The position numbers were made by a program, and so were the translations under genes. The notes under the pieces are model-generated. The model was not told where the DNA came from, searched no databases, and saw nothing but the letters and a program-made list of their open reading frames with translations. From Azolla caroliniana (Eukaryota; Plantae; Polypodiophyta), in contig JBHGNT010000092.1 in the NCBI GenBank assembly GCA_043228905.1, positions 1-64,000 on the forward strand: a stretch of 64,000 bases of DNA, written 5' to 3'. This document shows positions 11,880 to 23,200 of the stretch, piece after piece. Each line of letters begins with the position of its first letter. The stretch's first letter is position 1.

Positions 11880-14730
11880 TTAGTTGAAGAATGCTCGATT
11901 TGTCCAATCCCTGCAGTATGACCACATTTAGTCTTATTTATTCAAATTAGACTGGGAAGAGCTTCACTAAACATAAAAGGCTAGGGGAAATGCCGATACA
12001 ACCCTATCAATTTGCTGTAATTACTAAGGTACCAATTAATTAATTTCCAGAAGTTACCAGAATACCCCCCAGTTTTTCTAGATTAGGCTTAATCAACAAT
12101 TAATTTTGATTCCAATTCGGGATATTTTCATAGGGAAAATTTGCCTGCAATCAGCGATCCAGAGACTGATTAGTTTGTGACCTATTAATTGGCAGCTGAT
12201 TAATTCGTTGCTTATTTATCAGTGGCTACCTATCAACCAATCGATTACTAATTAGGACCTAGCTAATAAATCAATCTATTTATTTCCTGACAAAATACTT
12301 AGTATTGGGTGCTTATTAAACTAATTGAACCACTAACTATGCCTGAGAAAGCACAGATTTTCAGGCAAACGCATTAATCAAATTATTAGTGAATCATTCA
12401 CTACCTAATCAAACTAATCTACCTGAAATCACTAAAGGTACCTAAGTAGGTAATGTTATCCTCTAGTAGAAAGCAAAGCTGATTGCAAAAAACACTATAT
12501 CTAATTCATAAGACATATTTGATTCCATGGGCTAAAGTGACATTAAACAAATTGAATGGATAAAGGGGGGTTAAAGAAGTACTGACTTCGTTATGTCATC
12601 TAAATGATCATCAAAGTCCACAATGTTCTGATGCCTGCCTTCTCCCATGTAAGCTTCAATCAAGTTATTAGCTGAGGTTTCTTTTAATGTTAGCTCAGGA
12701 CCAGTGGTGCCTGCTTGCTTCCAAACTCGACTAGAATCCCGTGTATACAGCTGTTAGTATTGCCTTCTATATCAGAAAGTATACATTTTATGAAGAGAAG
12801 AAAAGTTCAAACACAAAAAAGACTTACTTGCAATACTGGCTTTCGATTGCCACTCCTTGGCAATGAAGCAAGCTGTTTGTTGTCCAACTGTCATTATGGA
12901 ACAGTACCGAATAAGAGAAACACAATGTAAAAGCATAGTTTTTTATTTCATAAATACTATCAGAAGTTACCAAGAGTACAACTGCTTGTGGGCAGTATCG
13001 AATGATATGGTCACCAATTTTACGTGCAAGTGGATTCAGGTCTGTGTCATCAAATCTCTCATTTGCATGATAGTATCCAACAATTTGTAAACTGGAATCT
13101 TCGGACACAATATATTCTTCAATCTACAGAGACATTGCATTTTATTGGTCATCCAGAAAATCCACAACATAAGACCATTCACATAAGTCATAATCAAGTT
13201 TTCAAGTCATTGCAAGTACTCTGCCCCTCTGGAGCAGCAATGTTTTAATCCGTAGGGCTTTAGATGCCGGAGTAACCAAGACTAACCCCGAATTCTATTA
13301 ATTCATCATCTGATAACTGATTAGACATAACAATTCTGGGTGAACTTTGAAGTTATAGACTGTTGTGGAAAAAGTATTACAGGGGATAAACCAAAGTAAA
13401 AAAGCTTTTGAGACGAGAAGAAGGAGGAGAGTTATATCTGTCAACAAGACTGATTTCTGAGGAGGATCCAAAACGAGAGAAAATAAAAGGGTGAGTAAAA
13501 AGACAGAAAAAAGTCAAATTACAAAGAAAAACCATATGCCTGAGATCCTACCAGACCTCAATCAATTCTGCAAACCTTTCTTCAGGTTTCTTAAAAGGCA
13601 TCTGGAGAAAGGTAAGGTGGAGTATTAGATTGCCCAATTTTTTATTACTTTTCATAGATGCAAAGAGTTCAACGAAGCACCAGAAGATAAGATCATTAAA
13701 TATGAATACAACATTTTACAAACAACCTCCACAACTATCATTTTAGCCCTATCTTTGATCTCAATAACATTTGCAAAAGCTCAGTACTAATCTCAATAAT
13801 GAATCAATTCAGGCTTATTATATCTCAACAACTTATGTAAAGATATTCAAACATTTCTTAAAAAATACTAATAACGACCTATACAGTAAAATGATTCATG
13901 GACTACTAGATATCAGTAACTTGGCCAAAAACAAATATTCTAAAGTTTTTCGTGAAGTACAAAAATGAAAAAATTTCAATCAGAAACCGATACAAACGAA
14001 AAAACAAAATTCCGATCATTCCAATTTTTGCAAAATGACGATTTATCTAGAGAGCATTGCTTGCGAGAAGTGATTTCCTTGCCAAGAGCAATGTAGTATC
14101 ATTTTGTCAATTAACAAAATCAATGAAATGGAACATACAAGAAAACAAAACAATAATAGAGAATTTCGAATAGTATTGTGACCGTGTACCATTTCTATAG
14201 TGAAAAAAAAAATACAGTCTTTTGAAACGATTCACAGGGTGAAAGTGATCTCCCATTTCATTGATTTTATTCAACAGGAACCCAGAAACATAAGCAGAAA
14301 AGCGAAAAAATAAATAAACTCTGCTATACCAGATCCATCCAATTCATCTTTACTAGAAAGATCTCAACACTATTTTTCTTTCGTTACGAAGAAGAAAAGA
14401 AGAATATTCAAAAAACATCCTTACGTGTGTGCGTGTGTGTGCGTGAGTGAGAGAGAGAGAGAGAGAGAGCGGACGGTGTGGTCCTTTCTGACTTACCTGT
14501 AGCAAGGAGAGCTCGAGCATGGGAAGGAGCGCGAGGTGAGAATGGAAGAGAGGGAAGGAATCGAGGATCTGCAGGGAACCAAGCCCTTGAGCTCCATCGC
14601 CAGGGCTATTTCCGCCTCCTTTGAAACGGCCGATCAAGATCCCATTAACGGAGGAGGACTTGTGCTTGACGGCGTGGAGGACTGATTTCACGTACGCCTT
14701 CTCTCCGATCTCGACCTTGGGGGACGCCAT
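11880..14730 (-). CDS. EMC8: ER membrane protein complex subunit 8/9 homolog; exons complement(14497-14730, 12971-13123, 12828-12887, 12587-12750, 11880-11910), 213 aa
   Basis: Spliced product MASPKVEIGEKAYVKSVLHAVKHKSSSVNGILIG...PLFHSHLALLPMLELSLLQ/IEEY...IVGYYHANERFDD...AVVLL/LDNKQL.../LY...IVDFDDHLDDITK/DWTNRAFFN*. All four introns are GT-AG with compatible phases and the CDS totals 642 nt. Confidence 0.93.
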
Positions 14731-14852
14731 CGCCGACAGACCAAAAAGGAAAAGAAACACAGACACAGAAGAGAAAGACAGACAGACAGAAGGATCTCTC
14801 TCTCTCTCTCTCTCTCCTAGTTTTGAGTATTTACAAAACTAGTCTCCCTATG

Positions 14853-15152
14853 TTTCTAGAAATTTCTAGAAGGTTCTGGAATTAGAGCTTCTTATGGAAG
14901 TTTCTTGAAGTTCCTGGAAGCTGCTGTTGGAATATCCTCTGCAAGTTTCTACAGTTGTTTTCTGGAAATTTCTGGAACGTTCTAGCATTGGAGCTTCTTT
15001 GGAAGTTTCTAGAAGTCCCTAGAAGCTGTTGGAATATCCTCTCGAAGTTTCTAGAATTGTTTTCTAGAAATTTCTGGAAGGTTTTGGAATTGGAGCTTCT
15101 TCACAAGTTTCTGGAAGCTGTTGGAATATTCTCCCGAAGTTTCTAGACGTTC
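14853..15152. promoter_or_regulatory. Array of heat-shock elements (alternating nGAAn/nTTCn) in three ~103-bp tandem units
   Basis: 14853-14882 reads tTTCt aGAAa tTTCt aGAAg gTTCt gGAAt (six perfect alternating pentamers), with further runs throughout. Units start near 14853, 14958 and 15061. The array begins ~120 bp upstream of the EMC8/9 ATG. Confidence 0.7.
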
Positions 15153-15189
15153 CCCAAAGGGCCCTATCACCAAAACATAAATCATGCCC

Positions 15190-15625
15190 CAAGATGCCAT
15201 TTGCAAGTTGCAACTATTGTTTAAGCTTGCTTTCACCCTGCAAACTCGCCCGCCGGATTGCCATTTTGCTACTGTATGTTGCTGCTACTGCAATCAATAC
15301 ATGGCTCAGATGATACACAACCCTATCCTTTCCCCTTGAGTTGTTTCCGAAATTAAGGTTGGGATCTTGTCTGACCACCCTTCACTCCAATCACAACTTG
15401 CATTCGCATCACTACATTCTAGCGACAAGCCGATTACCAAATGGGTGGAGGCAATAGGCGGTGTACCCGAATATGGTTTCCTTAATCGCTCGGTTCCTCT
15501 ATGAACATATTTGGTTCGATTTTGTTGCCCGATTGAGCTCATCAACAAATAGGTGACCCGTTTCCTTAACCATGCGATTCAAGACCTCGGCAAGCACTAC
15601 ATTCTAGTGCATAAACTGAGCGTTA
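15190..15625 (+). mobile_element. Decayed Ty3/Gypsy integrase fragment
   Basis: Frameshifted translation HYIL..(DY)TKWVEA...RFLYEHIW...PIELINK*VTRFLNHAIQDLGKHYILVHKLS parallels the integrase at 62354-62914 (TKWVEA...KFLYEYIW...IELISDQG...VHKRS). Confidence 0.7.
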
Positions 15626-15870
15626 CATTGTCATGATGTGTTGTAACTATTAAGGAAAGTGGAAGAGTTGGAACCTGAGTGGAGATAGAAAGTCAAAGGA
15701 AGTAATTTTTGTTTTGAGAATCTAAATAACTTTGAGTAGGTGTAGGAAATTGCATTAAAGAGGAGGGGGGATTAGGGTATTATCTTGTTGGCCTCCCCTC
15801 TCCTTCCCCTATAAAATGGGAACAGGAGGAGACAAAAATTGGGTGATTCCTTGTCTTTGTTTTGGGGGGG

Positions 15871-16183
15871 TTTTGGTGTTTGAGAAGACTCTGAGAGTTT
15901 TAGGGTTTGGGTTCTTCTTCTTTTTGGAGTCCAATTTTTTTTTTTCTCCTTAGGGAAGGTTTAGGGTTAGTTTCTCCTTTTCCCCATTTCTTCAAGAAGA
16001 GATATTGGTTGGGGTTTCACTCTCTTTTTGGTGTTTGAGAAGACTCTGAGAGTTTTAGGGTTTGGGTTCTTCTTCTTTTTGGAGTCCATTTTTTTTTTTT
16101 CTCCTTAGGGAAGGTTTAGGGTTAGTTTCTCCTTTTCCCCATTTCTTCAAGAAGAGATATTGGCTGGGGCTTCACTCTCTTTT
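15871..16183 (+). repeat. Near-perfect 155-bp tandem duplication containing TTTAGGG motifs
   Basis: TTTTGGTGTTTGAGAAGACTCTGAGAG starts at 15871 and again at 16026, with few differences between copies. Confidence 0.9.
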
Positions 16184-16439
16184 TTCTTTATAGAATAAAA
16201 GTTATGGTTTGGGCTTCACAATTAGGTGATTTCAATTTGGGATCATCCTTCTTCTTAGTCCAACAGTTCTTCCCCTTATTTCGCACATGTATGCACTCAC
16301 CTTAGATTAAACACCCTATGTTGAAGGCAGATTCTTGTTATAATCACTCATTAATCATTTGTCTTGATCGTGAATATGTTGCAATAAATGTGTAAACATT
16401 TGTTTCTAACCCAACATTCATTGAAGTCAGAATTTGTTA

Positions 16440-16876
16440 TCGTGAGAGTCCCATAGATTGACATATTTGCATTCGTGGAGGTTACCAAATGAATGCACAT
16501 GAATACGCATACGAATGCGTGAAAAAATATTTGTTAGAATTGGTCAACCCAATAACTCTTGGATTCTATGGAAACAACGATGTAGGCGAGTCTTCTCCAA
16601 CCAAACCGCACATCCAACAAGGTTACTACAAGAGATATGGAGTGAAATTGTAGCCACTCTGAAGAGCCAATATGATGGCCTTAAGACTGGCTCCAATTGA
16701 GTTGAAAGACAAGGAATAGCTTTCATCCAACAATGGTCGTCCTCTCCCTTTCTTGTGTCAGTGGGCATCCACATAAGATGGAACTATTGTGTCCCTACAT
16801 GGATTTGTATATAATTGTCTCATTTGTAAAAATTTATAACTAATGGAAAGAGTTTTTTTTTTGGAAAAAAAAAAAA
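16440..16876 (+). mobile_element. L1-type LINE 3' fragment
   Basis: WILWKQRCRRVF...EIWSEIVATLKSQYD matches the C-termini of other L1 ORF2s in the window, and it ends in an A-tail at 16865-16876. The 5' boundary is approximate. Confidence 0.75.
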
Positions 16877-17489
16877 TTGTTAAAAATAATAATCATAAAG
16901 TCCCTACTTTTTAGTTTCGTAAATATATCATATATCATATAAAGAAGAAGACTTTGACAATAAAAAAGGGATATTTTACTTCACATTAAAAAGGAGACTT
17001 AGGCTAAAAATATTTTTATATTAGATGTAAGTTGTAACACTTAAAACTTAAAAGTATTTGTTTTATTTTTTATAATAAATAAATAAATAAAAGGTTCATT
17101 AACTCCCCACTTTTTACTCTCCCACAAAATTTTATATATTTATTTTTTTCCCAAAAAAATACTACTTCGCATTAGTTATCAAACAAAATTACATCATAGA
17201 ACTCTCAAAATTCCTCTCAATAGCCCTCACTCTGGCCTTCCCACCAAAGCGGACATAGTCCCCACCTCATTTTCAACAAACGTATCCAAACAACTCCAAT
17301 AACCTAGTTATTTGTACCATAACTATACAAATTTACAGCACCTAGACGTTGTTGGAAACTATTGGGGCAAACAACCATCGGGGTGCTTGGTAGTGCCATT
17401 GAGGCCCTGATGATGATCTACCGACCATAGGAGAATTACCCCATTTCAACAAGAACTTTGATCGAGATCAGCTGCATCAGATTCCCCCT

Positions 17490-17885
17490 TGTTGAGAGAC
17501 AAGCTCAACATCGGTCGGATCGGCTGAAGAAGCTGAGGACCAGATCGGTTGGGACCGATCGGTTAGGCCGAGTGCGTAAACCGGGAGGCCGTGAGGAATA
17601 TATTTGGGAGTTAGTGTAGGAGCTCTTAATGAGTATTGAAGTATTGTCAGTACTTCGGTCAGTCCTTCTAGGACTTGTATAAAAGTGTTCATTGAACACA
17701 CATATATATAGAGTGTGGTGAATAGAGATTGGGTTGTTGTTGAATATAGTTCGTGTGTTTTCTCTCTCTCCCTCACTCTCTCTGTCTCTTCCACGTATAC
17801 TGCGTAAGCTCAAGCTCTCCATTGAACCTGAGTTTTCTTCCTCCTGTTCGGCCTTCATACTTGCTTCCGCACGCTACTTTTTACA
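17490..17885 (+). repeat. Copia #1 5' LTR (396 bp)
   Basis: TGTTGAGAGAC...TTTTACA, matching the 3' LTR except about 7 transitions and a 17-bp gap. Confidence 0.95.
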
Positions 17886-17957
17886 TGGTATCAGAGCGTG
17901 AGGGTTGAGAACCTCTCTGCAGCCGACACAGCTTGACGAAGAAGAACAAGAAGAACG

Positions 17958-20900
17958 ATGGATAGAGGCATGGCGAGCTCGCTTCCAACAGAGAAGCTCA
18001 ACAGAACCAACTACGCGTCTTGGTCCTACAAGATGCACCAGTACCTGCTCGAGCATGACTACTAGAGTTATGTCGAAGGAGCTAATGACGCGGCACCCAA
18101 ATTGACACATAGAGACTTCGCGTCGTGGGAGCAATCGGCGAGCAGGGTATTATACTACTTCGCGTCGTGTGTGGGCGAACAACTATTGAGCTATATTCGG
18201 GATGCAAAGACGCCGAAGGGTGCGTGGGAAAATCTGAAGAAGATTTTCGCCGCGAGCACCACAACCAGGAAGCTTCAGCTCCGACAGGAGTTGAGCAACC
18301 TACGACAACGCGACTTGTCGGTGGCGGACTATACCTCGAAGATCAAGGATATCTGCGACTCCCTCGCCTCCATAGAGGTGAACATTGAGGAGAGCGAGAT
18401 GGTCCAGATCTGTCTCGGAGGTTTGGCGTCGAAGTTCGGAGCGTTCCGAACGGCTGTGTGTACCCGGGAGAATACACCGTCCTTTTTTTACTTACAGTCA
18501 ATGCTCCTGGTAGAGGAGAACCACGCGGGTGCGTCTACAAGCACGCATACCAACAACAGAATGTTGTACATGGAGGGAGTTAGGCCCCGTGGACGTGGAG
18601 GATGAGGCGAGTCGGCGCGCAATGGAGGCGGCCGACGAGATCAAGGAAGAAGGCACCGAAGTGATGCCGACAACAACTCCGGACCCTCTGGAAACAGAGG
18701 GAGTCGAAGCGATGAGAACCGGCAAGGGAAGGCCATCGCGGAGTGCTGGTACTGTGGCAAGAAAGGCCACAGGGAAAGTGAGTGCAGGAAGAAGCGCGCC
18801 GATTTGGAGAGAACCGGTGACGGAAACGGCTCCGGACATACCGACAAGGGAAATCGGCAGCGATCGCACTACACCGAAGACTCTAGGAGAGCCGGAGAAG
18901 GGTCTACCTTCGTGACGAGACACGACGCAAACTCAATGAAACAGACCACCCCGAGATCGGACGAGGTGTGGTACGTAGACTCCGGCACGTCAAACCACAT
19001 GACGAGCCATAAGGAGTGGTCCTCGTAACTTGAAAAATCGATACAACCTGGTGTAGTCGCAACAGAAGACGACACTCCGCATCCGATCGCGAATGTCGGA
19101 GAAGTTCCCCTTAGCCATGTCGGGCAGAAAGGGAAACTCATGAACGTGTTGCACGTTCCAACAATCACGAAGAACTTGGTCTCGGTCGGACAGATCGTCG
19201 ACCAAGGGATGGAGGTTCGGTTTACACACCTCGGGTGCTTCATTGAGGAAGAAGGCCGTGTGATTGCGCAAGGGCGCAGAGACGGGAGGATGTTCATCCT
19301 CGACTCCACTGACGGCGGCACCACAATGTTCGCGAAGGGACAAAAATCCGAGTTGGACATCGACTTGTGGCACAAGCGGATAGGCCACGTCAACTACCAG
19401 CAGCTTCAAGATCTGCAAACGAAATAGGTAGTGTTCTGATTGCCCAAATTTAGTGGCTGAAAGGCACAAATTTGTGAAGCCTGCCAGCTCGGGAAGCAAC
19501 ACCGACTTCCCTTCCCCAACAAGCGAAACCGGAGCCGGAACAAGCTCGACCTTATACACTCCGATGTATGGGGGCTGGCACAAAACGTTAGTCTTGGCGG
19601 GAGCCGATATTTTGTCTCCTTCATTGACGACCACACGCGGCACACGTGGATCTACCTCATTGAGAGGAAGAGCGAAGTCTTCGACTGTTTCCGGGACCTC
19701 AAAGGGTTCGTGGAAACGAAAACAGGACGAAAGGTCAAGTGCCTGCGGTCGGATGGCGGGAAAGAGTACTTTTCCGGTCAATTCAACGGTTACCTACAAC
19801 AAATGGGAATTCGCCGCGAATTCAGTTGTAGATACACGCCGGAGCAGAACGGCGTGGCCGAGAGGAAGAATCGATCAATTGTGGAAGCGGCACGGGCAAT
19901 GCTGGAGGAGAAGAGCTTGCCCAAGTTCTACTGGGCCGAGGCGGTAAGGACCGCGGTATACATCCAGAACCGGATCGGAGACAAAGTGTCGGCGCACGAG
20001 CTATATTTCGGAACGAAGCCGAACTTGCGACACTTGAGGGTGTTCGGTAGCATTGCGTATGTGCATGTACCGAAGGAGAAAAGGAGGAAGTTGGACGCAA
20101 AGGCCGAGAAATGCATCTTGGTCGGTTACTCGGACGAGTAGAAGGGTTATAAGTGTTATAACCCTCGCACCAAACAAGCGCGTGTTAGTTGCGACGTTGT
20201 GGTTGACGAGTCCGCGTCCTGGTACCAGCCCCCGACTCCAAACCCCGACTCCAATCCGTGTTCTGACGATGAGATCAGCGAGGCCGAGATGCCTCTGGAT
20301 GAGCCTGAAATCGAGACCCGCGAAGAGAGTCCGATTTCACTCCGCTTAAGTGGACCGATTGGACGACTGAGTCGGTACGATCAGTCCGATGAAGAGCCGA
20401 CGAGTAGTGGAGACTCGGCCATGCATTCCCCGCACAGGAAGCCGAGGAGACAGCTTACGAGCAAAGAGAAAGGGAAGAAGAAGGTGCCGGATTCCGGCAC
20501 GGATAAGAACGAGTCAGACCGACGCGAGTCCGACTCCGAGGGAACCGGTGACGGGTCTTTAAAGATGAAGACCGCGTCGACCGAGAAGGCCTCGACATCG
20601 GCTAATGTGAGATTACGCCGATCTACCCGCCAGAAGAATCATGTTTTGCGGTTCGGATACAACGAGTACATGGCGCATCATTATGCGTACATGACCCATG
20701 TAGCGGAAGTGGGTGAGCCGAAGAGCTATGCAGAAACGGCTAAAGACGCGAATTGGCGTGCCGCGATGGAGGAAGAGATGCACGCATTGGCGGAGAACGA
20801 GACCTGGGACCTGGTTGACGCACCAACAGGGGTAAAACCGATCGGGTGTAGGTGGGTGTACAAGGTCAAGTACAACACAGATGGCTCGGTCAACCGGTAC

Positions 20901-22793
20901 AAGGCTCGGCTAGTGGCAAAGGGCTACGCGCAGAAACACGGCATCGACTACGATGAGACGTTTGCGCCGGTCGCGAAAATGATGACCGTCCGTGCTTTGC
21001 TCGCAATAGCTGCGGTGAAGGGGTGGCACTTACATCAGATGGATGTAAAGAATGCATTCCTGCAAGGTGACCTTGAGGAACAGGTGTACATGGTACAACC
21101 CCCCGGATTTCATTCTGGAATGAACTCCTCGGCAATATGCCAACTGAAGAAGTCCCTTTACGGACTAAAGCAAGCCCCACGTGCCTGGAACGCGAAGATC
21201 ACGCAACAACTGCGTCGGATGGGCTTCCTCACGTCAAAATCGAACTCTTCCCTGTTCATCCGGAAAGGTCGACTCGGATCGGTTAGTATTTTACTATATG
21301 TTGATGACTTGGTCATCACCGGCACCGACCTAGGTGAAATTGACCGCGTGAAGCTCTAGCTTGCGGCATCGTTCGACATGAAGGATTTGGGGAACCTTCA
21401 TTACTTCCTCGAGATTGAAGTGATCCGTACCCCCGAAGGCATATTGATCAGCCAACGTCATTACGTGCTGAGTATGCTCTTCAAATTTGGGATGGCCGAC
21501 TGTAAGTCCGTCTCGACTCCTCTGGACAGAACCGTCAAGCTTCGTCCCGATACGAGAAAGGTATGCAACCCGACGAGGTTCCGACAAATTGTCGGAAGCC
21601 TCATATACTTGACCATCACCCGACCCGACCTCAGTTATCCGGTCGGAGTGATCAATCAGTTCATGGCGCGACCTACTGAGGAGCACCTCCAATGTGCGCA
21701 ACGCATACTTCGGTATGTCAATGGCACTAAGGACCGGGGACTGCTATATCAGACCGGTGCCGCCACGCAGTTAGTCGGCTACACCGATGCTGATTGGGCT
21801 GGCAACACCGCCGATCGTTGATCCACGTCTGGATACGCGTTCTCCCTCGGGAGTGCCGCGATCACGTGGAGCAGTAAGAAGCAGTCGACAGTTGCACCAT
21901 CGAGCACCGAAGCTGAGTACCGAGGAGCGGCTGTCGCGACATGCGAAGCCATATGGTTGAAGCGGCTGCTTAGAGACCTGCAAGAGGAGGTGTCAGATCC
22001 AACGACGATCTACTGCGACAACCTCAGCAGCATCCAGCTTGCGAAAAACCCCGTTTTCCATGCACGGACCAAGCACATTGAGGTGCACTACCATTTCGTC
22101 CGTGAGCGTGTCCTTTCCGGTGAAGTCGAACTTCAGTACGTTCCGACGGATCGGTAGACTACCGACATCTTCACCAAGCCCCTTGGTCTGGACAAGTTGC
22201 GGCAATTCTCAGGTGCGCTCGGATTGCGACACCTCGACGTGCCAAACTTGAGGGGGAGAATAGTCCCGAACGACCAAGCAAGGCAGCAGGAAAGGAGCAG
22301 AGACCGCGACACCGAGTCAGTTGACTCGGTTGTCAAGTTGGACTTTGGATCGGCTGAAGAAGCCGAGGGCGGACCCGCGGAAAAGTCCGGAAGCGGACAG
22401 AAGGGGAGCAACCAAAGGAGAGAGCCGAAGCCAACCACGCATGGGGAAGATGACGCCACCGAGGGCGAGAAGACCGAAGACGAGTTGGAGACAGCCAACT
22501 CGAACGAGAGCGAAAACCGATCGGAGATAGCCGAGTCAGTTCGGATGTTTGATTCAGATACGTTGAATCAACCGAGGCCCAAGCGGAAGAAAAGGCAGCA
22601 GGAGAAGCGTCAACACCGCAACGACAGAAGAGCTGATAAGGGCCACATGAGCAGACAAGCCGACCAGAAGGGTCGAAGCGCGCGGAGTCAAACAGGCCGT
22701 GGAGCGCGAGCGAGGCGTGAAGCTAGGAGGAACCGGAGCTGTGAGCCCGAAGATCCCGAAGAGCCTCAAGTTGAGCTTGAGGGGGAGTGTTGA
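17958..22793 (+). pseudogene. Copia #1 gag-pol polyprotein (GAG, CCHC knuckle, protease, integrase, RT, RNase H, charged tail) with in-frame stops
   Basis: All ORF fragments share one frame: MDRGMASSL.., CWYCGKKGHRESEC, WYVDSGTSNHM, LWHKRIGH, LRSDGGKEY, TPEQNGVAERKNR, QMDVKNAFL, LLYVDD, YTDADWAG, KHIEVHYHF. Confidence 0.93.
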
Positions 22794-23200
22794 GAGACAA
22801 GCTCAACATCGGTCGGATCGGCTGAAGAAGCTGAGGACCGGATCGGTTGGGACCGATCGGTTAGGCCGAGTGCGTAAACCGAGAGGCCGTTAGGAAAGAT
22901 ATTCCGTGAGGAATATATTTGGGAGTTAGTGTAGGAGCTCTTAATGAGTATTGAAGTATTGTCAGTACTTCGGTCAGTCCTTCTAGGACTTGTATAAAAG
23001 TGTTCATTGAACACACATATGTATAGAGTGTGGTGAATAGAGATTGGGTTGTTGTTGAATATAGTTCGTGTGTTTTCTCTCTCTCTCTCACTCTCTCTGT
23101 CTCTCCCGCGTATACTACGTAAGCTCAAGCTCTCCATTGAACCTGAGTTTTCTTCCTCCTGTTCGGCCTTCATACTTGCTTCCGCACGCTACTTTTTACA
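22788..23200 (+). repeat. Copia #1 3' LTR (413 bp)
   Basis: Follows PPT GAGGGGGAG, ends TTTTACA, then TSD CCCCT. Confidence 0.95.

Larger units (their letters stand above)
17490..23200 (+). mobile_element. Ty1/Copia LTR retrotransposon #1, full length, inactivated
   Basis: LTRs 17490-17885 and 22788-23200 (TG...CA), 5-bp TSD CCCCT (17485-89 and 23201-05), PBS TGGTATCAGAGC (tRNA-iMet, 17886-97), PPT 22779-87. Confidence 0.97.

Noticed and set aside
11980-12465. Possible MITE in EMC8/9 intron 4 (CTAGGGG...CCTCTAG, TAATT-rich)
   Set aside because: The TIR match is short and no convincing TSD was found.
18498-23173. Numerous antisense and alternate-frame ORFs over Copia #1, including the LTR ORFs
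   Set aside because: Shadow ORFs expected in GC-rich coding sequence, with no independent motifs.
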